DNA of 64,000 nt, from NCBI GenBank assembly GCA_049300475.1, contig JBAQJU010000335.1, positions 10,578 to 74,577 on the forward strand, given 5' to 3'. Made by a program: the position numbers and the translations under genes. Source of the DNA: Terriglobales bacterium (GTDB lineage Bacteria; Acidobacteriota; Terriglobia; Terriglobales; Acidobacteriaceae). The notes beneath the pieces are model-generated. The model made no database searches and was not told the DNA's origin. It saw nothing but the letters and a program-made list of their open reading frames with translations. Below, in pieces: positions 28,686-38,168 of the stretch (within the stretch, counting starts at the first letter, position 1; every line of letters starts with the position of its first letter).

Positions 28686-30215
28686 ATGTCTTTCGCGCGT
28701 GCCAGCGGAATCCTGCTCCATCCCACCTCGCTGCCTTCGCGCGGCGGGATCGGCGACTTTGGCCCGGCAGCATATGCGTTCGCGGATTTTCTCGCGTCCG
28801 CGCGCCAGGGCATCTGGCAGGTGTTGCCGCTGGGCCCGCTCGGTTTCGGAAATTCACCCTACTCTTCGACCTCGGCATTTGCCGGGAATCCGCTCTTGAT
28901 CAGCCTGGAAAGGCTCGCGGATCGCGGCTGGATTGACCGGTCACAACTCGAAGTCCTTCCCACCCAAACCGAAGCTGTCGATTACGATACGGTGTTTCAT
29001 CAAAAGTTGCCGCTCCTTTTCGAGGCGGCGCGGAGCTTTCTGCACTCGGCCGCGGCGAGCGTCCGTTCCCGCTACGAAAATTTCTGCCTTCAGAATCAAT
29101 GGTGGCTCGCCGACTTCGTTCTCTTCGATGCATTACGTGCGCGTTTTAAGCTGAAGAGCTGGAACAACTGGCCCTACGAATTGACTCATCGCAACTCGGA
29201 GGCGCTGGCGGAGGCGCGCACAGAAATGCATGACGATCTCAACGTCCGCAGCGCCGTCCAGTTCTTCTTCTATGAACAATGGAAGGCGCTGCGCTCCTAT
29301 TGCGCGGAACGGTCGATCCGGGTTGCGGGAGATATTGCGATCTTCGTCAACTTCGATAGCGCCGACGTCTGGACGCATCCCGATCTGTTTCGCCTCAATG
29401 CCGAGCTCGATCCTGAAGTGGTTGCCGGCGTGCCCCCGGATTTTTTCAGCAAGGACGGCCAGCGCTGGGGCCATCCGCTTTACCGGTGGGAAGTGATGAA
29501 GGCGCGAGGCTACCGCTGGTGGATAGATCGGCTGCGCTGGGCGACCCACTGCTTTGACTACCTCCGGCTCGATCATTTTCGCGGCTTTTCCCAGTTCTGG
29601 GAGATTCCCGCCAACGAGCCGACCGCAATCCACGGGCGCTGGGTTGATGGCCCGAAAGACGATTTGTTCGACAAGGTGCGCGAAGCCCTTGGCGGCCTCC
29701 CGTTTTTTGCGGAGGATCTCGGCTACATCACTCCCGACGTCCATGCTCTCCGCGACCGCCTGAAAATTCCCGGCATGGCGGTTCTGCAATTTGGGTTTGG
29801 CGATCCGGGCGCCCACATTCATCTACCCCACAGCTTCACCCATGAGAAGGTCGTCTACACCGGCACGCACGATAACGACACGATGGCTGGCTGGTGGGCA
29901 ACGGGCGCAACCGAGTCGGAGCGCCAGCATGTGCAGGCATACCTCGGGTGCTGTGAAGACGGCGTCCCTTGGGCCATGATTCGCGCGGCCTTTCGTTCGG
30001 TAGCGAATCTCTGCATCGTTCCGCTGCAGGATGTGCTTGGCCTGGGAAGCGCGGCCCGCATGAATGTTCCGAGCCTCGAAGACGGCAACTGGCGCTGGCG
30101 TTGTGGCGGCGATCTCCTGCGCCCGGAAGTAGCAAAAAGCCTCGCCGCCCTCACCGAAATCTGCGACCGCCTGCCAGCGCCTTTGCCCACGACACAGGAA
30201 GATTGGGCTGCCTGA
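28686..30215 (+). CDS. malQ: 4-alpha-glucanotransferase (amylomaltase, GH77)
   Basis: MSFARASGILLHPTSLPSRGGIGDFG is a typical MalQ N-terminus. Also present are RLDHFRGF and YTGTHDNDT. Confidence 0.9.
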   Translation: MSFARASGILLHPTSLPSRGGIGDFGPAAYAFADFLASARQGIWQVLPLGPLGFGNSPYSSTSAFAGNPLLISLERLADRGWIDRSQLEVLPTQTEAVDYDTVFHQKLPLLFEAARSFLHSAAASVRSRYENFCLQNQWWLADFVLFDALRARFKLKSWNNWPYELTHRNSEALAEARTEMHDDLNVRSAVQFFFYEQWKALRSYCAERSIRVAGDIAIFVNFDSADVWTHPDLFRLNAELDPEVVAGVPPDFFSKDGQRWGHPLYRWEVMKARGYRWWIDRLRWATHCFDYLRLDHFRGFSQFWEIPANEPTAIHGRWVDGPKDDLFDKVREALGGLPFFAEDLGYITPDVHALRDRLKIPGMAVLQFGFGDPGAHIHLPHSFTHEKVVYTGTHDNDTMAGWWATGATESERQHVQAYLGCCEDGVPWAMIRAAFRSVANLCIVPLQDVLGLGSAARMNVPSLEDGNWRWRCGGDLLRPEVAKSLAALTEICDRLPAPLPTTQEDWAA

Positions 30216-30251
30216 GTGGTGTATCCTCGCTGTCAAACAAACTGATCTTTC

Positions 30252-31604
30252 TTGGAGCACACCCTAGTGAGCGACCCTATTATTCGGGCCCAGGCTGTCG
30301 AAAAATTCTACACGCAGCCCGATGGCAGCCGCATTGAAGTCATCGCGCCCATCGATCTCGACGTCGAGCCCGGCAAGATCATCACGCTGCTGGGTCCCTC
30401 CGGCTGCGGCAAGTCCACGCTGCTCCGAATTCTGACCGGACTCAGCCAGCCTTCCTCGGGAAAGGTGCTGTGGCATGGCCAGCCGATCACTTCTCAAAAC
30501 GCCGGTGTGGCCATTGTCTTCCAGAGCTTCGCGCTGTTCCCGTGGCTCACGGTGCTCGATAACGTGGAAGCTCCGCTCGAAGCGCGGGGTGTGCCCGCGA
30601 TGGAACGCCACAAACGCGCCTTGCGCATTCTGGATACCGTAGGGCTTGATGGCTTCGAGAGCGCATATCCTAAGGAGCTTTCCGGAGGCATGAAGCAGCG
30701 CGTCGGCTTCGCGCGCGCTCTGGTGGTAGAGCCCGAAGTGCTTTTTATGGATGAGCCTTTCTCCGCGCTCGATGTGCTTACCGCGGAAAATCTGCGCAAT
30801 GAACTGCTCGAACTCTGGCTCAGCAAGAAGATGCCGACCAGCGCCATCTTCATCGTTACGCACAATATCGAAGAAGCGATTCTGCTCGCCGATCGCGTGC
30901 TCGTGCTGGGCAGAAATCCTGCACGCGTACGCGCTGATTTTCCGGTCGAATTGCCCCAACCACGCGACCGAAAATCGCCGCGCTTTGTCGAACTCGTGGA
31001 CTATGTTTACAAAGTTATGACCCAGCCCGATCTCGCGCTCGGTGTCCCCGGAGCCCAGGCCTCCTCGCAAAAGCCTGCCCGTCAGAAATACCAGATGTTG
31101 CCTCACGCCCGCGTCGGCGGCATTGCCGGTCTGCTCGAACTTCTGCAGGACCGCGGCGGCAGGGAAGACGTATATCGCCTGGCGGAAGTCCTGATCATGG
31201 ACGCCGAAGATTTGCTGCCGATCGTCGAAGCGTCCGTGCTGCTTGGTTTTGCCACGCTCAAGGAAGGCGATGTTGAAATTACTCCCGAGGGAACTCGCTT
31301 TGCGGAAGCCGACATCCTCACCCGCAAAATTCTGTTCCGGCACGCGGCGCTCAAGCACGTCATGATCCTGCAGCAGATCGACAGCATTCTCCACGCCAAG
31401 ACCGATCGCTCCATCTCGGAAGAATTTTTCTACGACATTCTGGACGAGCATTTCAGCCAGGATGAAGTCGAACGTCAATTTGAAACCGCCATGAACTGGG
31501 GACGGTACGCAGAAATTTTTGACTTCGACCGCGAATCGCACCGCCTGGTGCTCGCCGAGCCGCTCTCTGAGCCGCATCCGCCCACCAGGCCGGTGCAGCC
31601 TTGA
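30252..31604 (+). CDS. ABC transporter ATP-binding protein (NitT/TauT-like) with a C-terminal accessory domain
   Basis: Walker A is GPSGCGKST, the signature is LSGGMKQR and Walker B is LFMDEPFSALD. About 190 aa of extra C-terminal domain follows. Confidence 0.85.
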   Translation: MEHTLVSDPIIRAQAVEKFYTQPDGSRIEVIAPIDLDVEPGKIITLLGPSGCGKSTLLRILTGLSQPSSGKVLWHGQPITSQNAGVAIVFQSFALFPWLTVLDNVEAPLEARGVPAMERHKRALRILDTVGLDGFESAYPKELSGGMKQRVGFARALVVEPEVLFMDEPFSALDVLTAENLRNELLELWLSKKMPTSAIFIVTHNIEEAILLADRVLVLGRNPARVRADFPVELPQPRDRKSPRFVELVDYVYKVMTQPDLALGVPGAQASSQKPARQKYQMLPHARVGGIAGLLELLQDRGGREDVYRLAEVLIMDAEDLLPIVEASVLLGFATLKEGDVEITPEGTRFAEADILTRKILFRHAALKHVMILQQIDSILHAKTDRSISEEFFYDILDEHFSQDEVERQFETAMNWGRYAEIFDFDRESHRLVLAEPLSEPHPPTRPVQP

Positions 31605-33349
31605 AACGCCCCGAGAGAATTCGTTTTCGGACCCCGCTCCGCATCTGGTCCATGCTGCCGCGTCCCAGCGCGGCCAGCCTGCCCGACGTCCTCATGTTTT
31701 CCGGGGGCCTTGCCCTGTTCTATGGGGTGCTGCAGATCGGCCGTCACTGGCTCGGCCCCTTTCATCCTCAAGTCGAAATCAGCCGCAGCCCCGCCGCGCT
31801 GCCCATCTATGCGGGGTACTCGCTCCTGCGCATCGCGCTCGCCTATATCCTCAGCCTGATCTTCGCCCTCGTTTATGGATATGTAGCCGCCTATCGTCCG
31901 CGCGCCGAACGTTTCATGATTCCGCTGCTGGATGTTCTGCAATCGATTCCCGTTCTGAGCTTTCTTCCCGGTGTCATGCTGGCGATGGCGGCGCTTTTTC
32001 CTGGACGCCAACTCGGGGTTGAACTGGGTGCAGTCCTGCTCATCTTTACCGGCCAGGTCTGGAATATAGCCTTCAGCTTTTACGCCTCCCTGAAGAGCAT
32101 TCCGCGCGAGATGCGCGAAGCGGCCTCCATTTATCGTTTTAACTGGTGGCAGCGTTTCATCCAGATCGAACTGCCTTTCGCAACCATCGGTCTGGTTTGG
32201 AATTCGATGATGTCGGTGGCGGGAGCCTGGTTTTTCCTGATGGCCTGCGAGCAGTTTGGAGACTTCCGCCTGCCGGGCCTGGGTTCTTATCTGCAGTCCG
32301 CCGCCGACAACGGGGACACACGGTCGATTCTGCTGGGCATTTTCACGATGGTGGCCGTCATCGTGCTTCTCGATCAGCTTGTATGGCGTCCAGTGATTGC
32401 CTGGGCTGAAAAATTCAAGTTCGAGCAGGTCGAAAGCACCAGCGCCCCCACATCATGGGTACTAGATTTTCTCCGCCGCTCCCGTGGGGTGGCGTTCTTC
32501 CGTAAGCGCGCCGTCCGGCCCTTGCGGGAGCAGATGATCCATTATTTCGCGGGCCAGAATAACAAGGAGGACAAAGCGCAATCACCCCGCGAGAGCGAAA
32601 CGATTTTATGGGTCTGGCGAATTGTGGGAATCGCGATTATGGGCGCGATCGGCTATTCGGTCGTCCGCGTAGTCATTATCCTGACCGGCTTGCACAGCGG
32701 AGAGTTCCACGAACTCGGACTCGGCCTGGGCGCGACCTTCCTGCGCGTCAATGCCGCGCTCATTCTCGGCGCTCTCTGGACCATCCCGGTGGGCGTCGCC
32801 ATCGGATTCAACCCGCGCACGGCGCGCATCGCGCAGCCGCTCGCGCAGATTGCCGCATCGGTCCCGGCCACCGCGTTATTCCCGGTTGTGCTGTTGATTC
32901 TCATCCGCGTGGGCGGAGGCTTGGGATTCGGCTCGATTGTCCTGCTACTGCTCGGCACGCAGTGGTACATCCTGTTCAACGTGATTGCTGGAGCGATGGC
33001 GATCCCTACCGACCTGAAAGAGGCAGCGAGTGTCTTCGGCCTGCGCGGTTGGGAGCGCTGGCGCAAACTGATCCTGCCCGGGATCTTCCCATTCCTTGTC
33101 ACTGGGCTGGTTACAGCCTCCGGAGGGGCATGGAACGCCAGCATCGTTGCTGAGTACTTCCACTTCAAGGGCCAGACTTATTCGACTCTTGGTGTCGGCG
33201 CCATGATTTCGGCCGCCACCGATGCCAAGAACTTCAATCTTCTGCTGGCTGGAACGATCGCGCTGGCCGCGGTCGTCGTGACCACGAATCGCCTGGTCTG
33301 GCGCCGCCTCTACCGCCTCGCCGAGACTCGCTACAAGCTCGAAAGCTGA
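31601..33349 (+). CDS. ABC transporter permease, duplicated (two fused permease modules)
   Basis: 582 aa and polytopic. The TTG start overlaps the ATPase stop (TTGA). No substrate-binding protein gene is adjacent. Confidence 0.8.
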   Translation: MKRPERIRFRTPLRIWSMLPRPSAASLPDVLMFSGGLALFYGVLQIGRHWLGPFHPQVEISRSPAALPIYAGYSLLRIALAYILSLIFALVYGYVAAYRPRAERFMIPLLDVLQSIPVLSFLPGVMLAMAALFPGRQLGVELGAVLLIFTGQVWNIAFSFYASLKSIPREMREAASIYRFNWWQRFIQIELPFATIGLVWNSMMSVAGAWFFLMACEQFGDFRLPGLGSYLQSAADNGDTRSILLGIFTMVAVIVLLDQLVWRPVIAWAEKFKFEQVESTSAPTSWVLDFLRRSRGVAFFRKRAVRPLREQMIHYFAGQNNKEDKAQSPRESETILWVWRIVGIAIMGAIGYSVVRVVIILTGLHSGEFHELGLGLGATFLRVNAALILGALWTIPVGVAIGFNPRTARIAQPLAQIAASVPATALFPVVLLILIRVGGGLGFGSIVLLLLGTQWYILFNVIAGAMAIPTDLKEAASVFGLRGWERWRKLILPGIFPFLVTGLVTASGGAWNASIVAEYFHFKGQTYSTLGVGAMISAATDAKNFNLLLAGTIALAAVVVTTNRLVWRRLYRLAETRYKLES

Positions 33350-33432
33350 ACGGAGTGGGTCAGTCCGCCCCACTCTCTAATTGACCCCATCTCATTTGTT
33401 CCCGCTTGTTTGGGCTGATACTATGTTCCGCC

Positions 33433-33915
33433 ATGGCGGAAGAACAGTATCGCTACCACTTCGATAACTATACGCGAAAGGCCGAAGTCGGCATCTACGG
33501 AATTCTCGCCGTTCTCCTGACCATTACCGCCCTGGCGGCCATCGCCGACGGCGGCGTGTTGTTGTGGACCGGCATTCGCACCTGGACGATCTCTTCACAG
33601 ACCTTGCAGGTTCTCGACCGCCTGCTGATCGTGCTGATGCTGGTCGAAATCCTTCACACGGTGAGCATTTCCATTCGGTCGCATGTCCTGGTCACAGAAC
33701 CATTTCTGGTGGTCGGTCTCATCGCCTCCATCCGGCGCATTCTGGTCATCACGCTCGCGGCTTCCACTCTCACCTCGGGCAATTCCTGGTCCGCCGAAGG
33801 CGCAAGTATCTTCCGCGCCTCCATGATGGAGTTGGGTCTGCTCGGCCTTCTTATTCTGATTTTGGTGTTCTCCATTACTCTTTTGCGGCGCTATGCACCT
33901 GGCCCCAAAGAATAA
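33433..33915 (+). CDS. PsiE-like (phosphate-starvation-inducible E family) membrane protein
   Basis: Four TM helices. LLIVLMLVEILHTV and IASIRRILVI resemble PsiE family motifs. ATG 33433 is preferred. Confidence 0.5.
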   Translation: MAEEQYRYHFDNYTRKAEVGIYGILAVLLTITALAAIADGGVLLWTGIRTWTISSQTLQVLDRLLIVLMLVEILHTVSISIRSHVLVTEPFLVVGLIASIRRILVITLAASTLTSGNSWSAEGASIFRASMMELGLLGLLILILVFSITLLRRYAPGPKE

Positions 33916-34030
33916 ATGGAGCGAGTATCGGGGACCACGTTCGCCAATCCGTGGCACAGGTCATGACCAATGCCCGCGAAGAGAAGTGCGCGATCCCTTC
34001 CGATCCCCAGTGTCGAATATAAAACGCAGC

Positions 34031-34636
34031 CTATGTTTTCGACCGCTTCCGCCGAAACATACCCGCCAATGCTACCAGCCCGGTCCCGAGCAATCCCAAG
34101 GTGCCTGGTTCAGGGGTTAAGTGGGTCAGCCCCAATTTGATGCTGCCCTTGTGATCTACCGTTTCCTGGTTCCAGTAGGTGTAGATGGTTTGGGTCGTGT
34201 TTCCCGACACGGTGCGGCCGGTGTACGCCTGTCCTGAGATTTCGCCGGTCAGTTGGTATTCGTGGAATTGCTTGTTCGATGCAACCAGTGTCCAGTCAAT
34301 CGGTCCGACAAAAGCGCCGTCGAAGATCGTCCCCTTGGGCTGACCATAGCTGCCAACGCCCGTCACGATAAAGCTCGATCCCACGTCGGAAAAGGTGCCG
34401 CCGGTCCAGACGCTGCCGCTGCTGAGAGCGCCAGTCGCGAAGTTGACCGATCCCAGGGAATGGTTTTTCGGCGCCTGAATGCCGTTGAAATTTATAAGCT
34501 CGGATCCCTTGGAGACAACTCCCGAAGCGGTGATCGTAACCGTGCCGAACTGGTTGATGAGGTTGATTCCGTCTGCGCTAGCCGTAATGGGCAATACCAG
34601 CGCCAACAGCGCCAAGCCGAACAATAGCCGTTTCAT
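34031..34636 (-). CDS. PEP-CTERM sorting-domain secreted protein
   Basis: Signal peptide MKRLLFGLALLALVLPITASA. The C-terminus is PEPGTLGLLGTGLVALAGMFRRKRSKT (PEP motif, TM helix, basic tail). GGAGGG precedes ATG 34636. Confidence 0.75.
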   Translation of the reverse strand: MKRLLFGLALLALVLPITASADGINLINQFGTVTITASGVVSKGSELINFNGIQAPKNHSLGSVNFATGALSSGSVWTGGTFSDVGSSFIVTGVGSYGQPKGTIFDGAFVGPIDWTLVASNKQFHEYQLTGEISGQAYTGRTVSGNTTQTIYTYWNQETVDHKGSIKLGLTHLTPEPGTLGLLGTGLVALAGMFRRKRSKT

Positions 34637-35108
34637 TATTCCCTCCACAGAAAGCGATCCTGGGGTGGCCGCAGGGGGATAGGGTCGCCACGGATCACGA
34701 AGGTTGAATCGTTACTTGCTGTCCCTTAGCAATAATTTGCCTGGGTATCTAGGAGCAAACAGTCCGGGGAGGACGTTGACATAGTCTTGCACTAAAGTAA
34801 TGGAATTGAAGTGACACTCATCACGGTCGTAGGTGACTATTTTGGGGAGAATTCCACACCACTTCGCGGTCCTCCATGTAGCATTCCGGTCGAATGAATG
34901 CGGCAGGGGCTGCCATGCTCAACGAGAAAACGGCGAAACCATTTGCTGTAATTCAAGTCTTGAAGATTGCCCGGCCTCCCGCAGGCTTCCAGATAACACC
35001 CGCAAGGCGAACGTCCGAAGCCGAAAAAGCAGAAGATCAGGGTCCAGAGCCTGCTTTACTAAAACCCATTCCTGCATTGACAATGGTAGTTCAACGCAAG
35101 GAGCAATC

Positions 35109-35309
35109 ATGCCTGCTACTGGAGAACTCATTCGTATGATGAACTACGTCGATGACATCGCCGCAATCCTGCGGCGCGTCAACGCCTCACTTCCCACCAT
35201 GACCGACGAAGAAAAAATCCGCCTCGCGGAATACATTCGCAAATCCGATCCCAGCCTGGATAGCGTTCTCAAAACGCTCGACAAGCATCTCGACAAGGTG
35301 ACGGAATAG
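35109..35309 (+). CDS. Small hypothetical protein (66 aa), translationally coupled to hbd
   Basis: AAGGAG lies 5 nt upstream of the ATG. The stop TAG overlaps the GTG start of the next gene by 1 nt. The product is MPATGELIRMMNYVDDIAAILRRVNASLPTMTDEEKIRLAEYIRKSDPSLDSVLKTLDKHLDKVTE. Confidence 0.45.
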   Translation: MPATGELIRMMNYVDDIAAILRRVNASLPTMTDEEKIRLAEYIRKSDPSLDSVLKTLDKHLDKVTE

Positions 35310-36214
35310 TGCCAGAGGTGCCAGGAACGATCAAGACCGTAGCCGTCATTGGCGCCGGCATCATGGGACGGGGTATCGCCCATGCGGCCGCCATCGGTGG
35401 CTACCGCACCATCCTTGAAGATCTGCTGCCGAATGCGCTGCGCAAGGCGGAAAGCGAAATTCGCGCCAACCTCGATAAAGCTGTCGAACTTGGCAAGGTG
35501 AATGCATCGGACGCGCGGGCCGCCCTCGCCCGGATCGAGTACGCAAGTTCGGTGGACGAAGCGGCGCGCCAGGCCGATCTGGTCATCGAGGCGGTGCCCG
35601 AGGAACTGGAATCGAAGATCGAGATTTTCACGCTCCTCGATAAGATCTGTCGACCTGCGACGATTCTTGCTTCGAATACCTCTTCGCTCAGCGTTACAGA
35701 GATTTCGAGCGTGACCTATCGCGCGAAAAAATGTGTGGGGATGCACTTCTTCAATCCCGTCCACAAAATGAAGCTGCTCGAAGTGGTGCGCGCGCTCGAG
35801 ACCGATGCTGAAACGCTCGCCGCCGCAGTCGAAGTCGGAAAGCGCATGGGCAAGGAAGTTGTCGTGGTCAAGGAAGCGCCAGGCTTCATCACCAGCCGCA
35901 TCAACGCCCTGATCGGCAACGAAGCGTTTTACATGCTGCAGGAAGGGATCGCCACTCCTGAAGATATCGACAAGGCGCTGAAGCTTGGCCTTAACCATCC
36001 CATGGGCCCGTTTGAGTTGGTGGATTTGGTTGGCCTCGACACGCGCTTGCACATTCTCGAATACCTCCACAAAAGCCTGGGGGAGAAATTTCGTCCCTGC
36101 CCGCTGCTTGCGCAGTACGTAAAGGCCGGAAGACTCGGGCGCAAGTCGGGTCGTGGAGTCTTCGAATATCCTGAGCAAGCCAAGCCAGAGCAAGCCAGGC
36201 AGCAGGCGACTTAG
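35309..36214 (+). CDS. hbd: 3-hydroxybutyryl-CoA dehydrogenase
   Basis: IKTVAVIGAGIMGRGIAHAAA is a Rossmann fold. The 3HCDH N- and C-domain pattern is present (NTSSLSVTEIS, GFITSRI, MGPFELVDLVGLD). Confidence 0.88.
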   Translation: MPEVPGTIKTVAVIGAGIMGRGIAHAAAIGGYRTILEDLLPNALRKAESEIRANLDKAVELGKVNASDARAALARIEYASSVDEAARQADLVIEAVPEELESKIEIFTLLDKICRPATILASNTSSLSVTEISSVTYRAKKCVGMHFFNPVHKMKLLEVVRALETDAETLAAAVEVGKRMGKEVVVVKEAPGFITSRINALIGNEAFYMLQEGIATPEDIDKALKLGLNHPMGPFELVDLVGLDTRLHILEYLHKSLGEKFRPCPLLAQYVKAGRLGRKSGRGVFEYPEQAKPEQARQQAT

Positions 36215-36351
36215 AGCGGTTTCGGAATTAGCGTCCGCCATTCGCATCACTCCGCAAACCCAAACGTAAAATATTGTAAATTTCTCGCAAAGATCGCCCT
36301 TTCGGCTCCCTTCGAAGCAGCAGCGCCCCCTAAACATGCATCTGACGTTTC

Positions 36352-36807
36352 ATGAAAGCTTTCCTGGCCAGCCTTGCCGTCGTCGCACTGATATGTCCAT
36401 TGGCAGCCTACGCAGCTCTTGGCGGTGACGTTGCTTCCATCGAAGCCGACCGGGCCCAAATGAAGGGAAGTGTCCAACAACGCCAGACCTCGGCATACAC
36501 CGTGCATGAGATCAAGGGAAGCAGCGGCACAGTGGTCCGAGAATATGCCTCGCCCTCGGGCCAGGTTTTCGCGGTGGCTTGGCAAGGCCAGTTCGCCCCC
36601 GGCCTGCAGCAGCTTCTGGGCACGTATTTCGACCAGTATTCTGCCGCTGTGAAAACCAACAAAGCGACTTATGTCGGCCGCAGACCGCTCAATCTGCAGC
36701 TTCCCGGATTGGTCGTTCAGGTGAATGGTTACATGCGCGCCTATCACTTCCGGGCGTATCTTCCGCAACAGATTCCCGCTGGAGTGAAACCGGAGGAGTT
36801 GTGGTAA
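36352..36807 (+). CDS. Secreted DUF2844-like protein
   Basis: Signal peptide MKAFLASLAVVALICPLAAYA. YTVHEIKGSSGTVVREYASPSGQVFAVAWQGQFAPGLQQLLG resembles DUF2844 as I recall it, so an HMM check is needed. Confidence 0.6.
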   Translation: MKAFLASLAVVALICPLAAYAALGGDVASIEADRAQMKGSVQQRQTSAYTVHEIKGSSGTVVREYASPSGQVFAVAWQGQFAPGLQQLLGTYFDQYSAAVKTNKATYVGRRPLNLQLPGLVVQVNGYMRAYHFRAYLPQQIPAGVKPEELW

Positions 36808-38144
36808 CGACGACGCCAGGTGGATTAGCGTTACGCGGGTCAACGGGGCACGGGTCAACGGGGCAGGGGTCATCGGGGCAAAGATCGATTTTACGGCGAT
36901 CAACTTTGCGTGGATTTTTGAGTTTGGTTGTCGCAAGCGGACTCGGATTGCTCGCCGCATGTGGCGGAGGTGGAAGCAGCAGCAAGAGCACCACCCCACC
37001 TCCTTCCGGAAATAACGTGCAAGCGATCGAAGTCAATGGAGGGCCGGTCGCGGGGCAACTCTACGCTAATGCCGCCTTTACCAGCGTGACCGTGTGCGTT
37101 CCGGGCTCCACGACCTGTCAGACGGTGGATGGAATCCTGGTGGACACGGGTTCGGTCGGACTAAGGCTCCTCGGTTCCGCAATCCCTAATCTTGCTCTGC
37201 CCAAGCTCTCTGGGTCGGGCAGCACGAACTACTACAACTGCGTCAGCTTTGTGGATGGCTCCTACCTTTGGGGACCTGTTGCGCAAGCGGATGTGGAGAT
37301 GGCCGGAGAAAAGGCAAGCAGCGCCAGCATTCAGGTGATCGAGGATCCCACTGGCTTCATGGTGCCGACCGCTTGCTCGAATGGCGGCATGGACGAAGAT
37401 AACCTCCAGGCGCTCGGAGCCAATGGCATTGTCGGCGTGGGCGGATACCCTCTGGATTGTGGCCCTGCCTGCGTGAGCGACACTTCTCCGGACATCTACT
37501 TTACCTGCGAGCAAAGCGGCAATTGTCAGTCATCGACGATCGCGGTAGCAAAGCAGGTGGTCAATCCGATCGTCGATTTTACGACCGACAATAATGGCGT
37601 ACTCATCGAAATGCAGTCGGTGGATGGCGAGTCGGCGACGGCCACCGGGTCCATGATCTTCGGCATCGGCACCGAATCCAACAACGCGCTGGGTTCAGCC
37701 AATGTCTATCCAATCAATAACGATGGGTTCTTCACAACGACGTTTAATTCGCAGGCGTTGACCGAGAGCTTTATTGACAGCGGCTCGAACGGATATTTTT
37801 TCCCGGATGCGTCGATTACGCAATGCAGCCAGAACAGCGGCGTCTTTGGGTTCTACTGTCCGGCCAACACCGCGAACCTGTCGGCACAAAATGTTACGCA
37901 AAGCGGGTCGCAAAATACGTTGAGTTTCAGCGTCGACAATGCGGTAAATGATTTTAATAACTTCGGCAGCGACTCAGCATTCGCGAATCTTGCAGGACCG
38001 AACGGCACCACTAACTGCGGAACGGGGACGCCTTGCGGCTTCGATTGGGGCCTTCCGTTCTTCTACGGCCGCAACGTGTTCACTTCGATCTACGGACAAT
38101 CGGCTCCGAGCGGAACTCCCGCCGCACCCTGGTGGGCCTATTAA
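36801..38144 (+). CDS. DUF3443-like lipoprotein with pepsin-like twin D[TS]GS motifs
   Basis: The lipobox is LGLLAAC|GGGGSSS. DTGS is at 37143-37154 and DSGS at 37776-37787, 211 aa apart. The start is either GTG 36801 (GGAGG upstream, 7-nt overlap with the previous gene) or TTG 36906, which gives a classical MRGFLSLVVASGLGLLAAC signal. Confidence 0.7.
   Translation: MVTTTPGGLALRGSTGHGSTGQGSSGQRSILRRSTLRGFLSLVVASGLGLLAACGGGGSSSKSTTPPPSGNNVQAIEVNGGPVAGQLYANAAFTSVTVCVPGSTTCQTVDGILVDTGSVGLRLLGSAIPNLALPKLSGSGSTNYYNCVSFVDGSYLWGPVAQADVEMAGEKASSASIQVIEDPTGFMVPTACSNGGMDEDNLQALGANGIVGVGGYPLDCGPACVSDTSPDIYFTCEQSGNCQSSTIAVAKQVVNPIVDFTTDNNGVLIEMQSVDGESATATGSMIFGIGTESNNALGSANVYPINNDGFFTTTFNSQALTESFIDSGSNGYFFPDASITQCSQNSGVFGFYCPANTANLSAQNVTQSGSQNTLSFSVDNAVNDFNNFGSDSAFANLAGPNGTTNCGTGTPCGFDWGLPFFYGRNVFTSIYGQSAPSGTPAAPWWAY
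36837..36881. repeat. 3 x 15-bp tandem repeat
   Basis: GGGTCAACGGGGCAC GGGTCAACGGGGCAG GGGTCATCGGGGCAA. It encodes GSTGH/GSTGQ/GSSGQ if the gene starts at 36801. Otherwise it is intergenic. Confidence 0.85.
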
Positions 38145-38168
38145 TGGCTCTTTGACGCACCGCAGCAA

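Noticed and set aside
30264-31577. Long ORFs antisense to, or out of frame with, confidently identified genes. Examples: 651-1535(+), 5702-6745(-), 15375-16196(-), 25153-26397(-), 30264-31577(-), 35144-36337(-), 50878-51981(-), 56996-58285(-), 61878-63110(+).
   Set aside because: Their products are Arg/Ala/Gly/Pro-rich, which is typical of spurious frames in GC-rich DNA. Each fully overlaps a gene with clear family motifs on the other strand or frame.
36579-36800. The track start at 36579 for the DUF3443-like ORF (521 aa).
   Set aside because: That extension overlaps the DUF2844-like gene in another frame and is Arg/Pro-rich. A ribosome-binding-site-supported GTG at 36801, or TTG at 36906 before the lipobox, is far more plausible.
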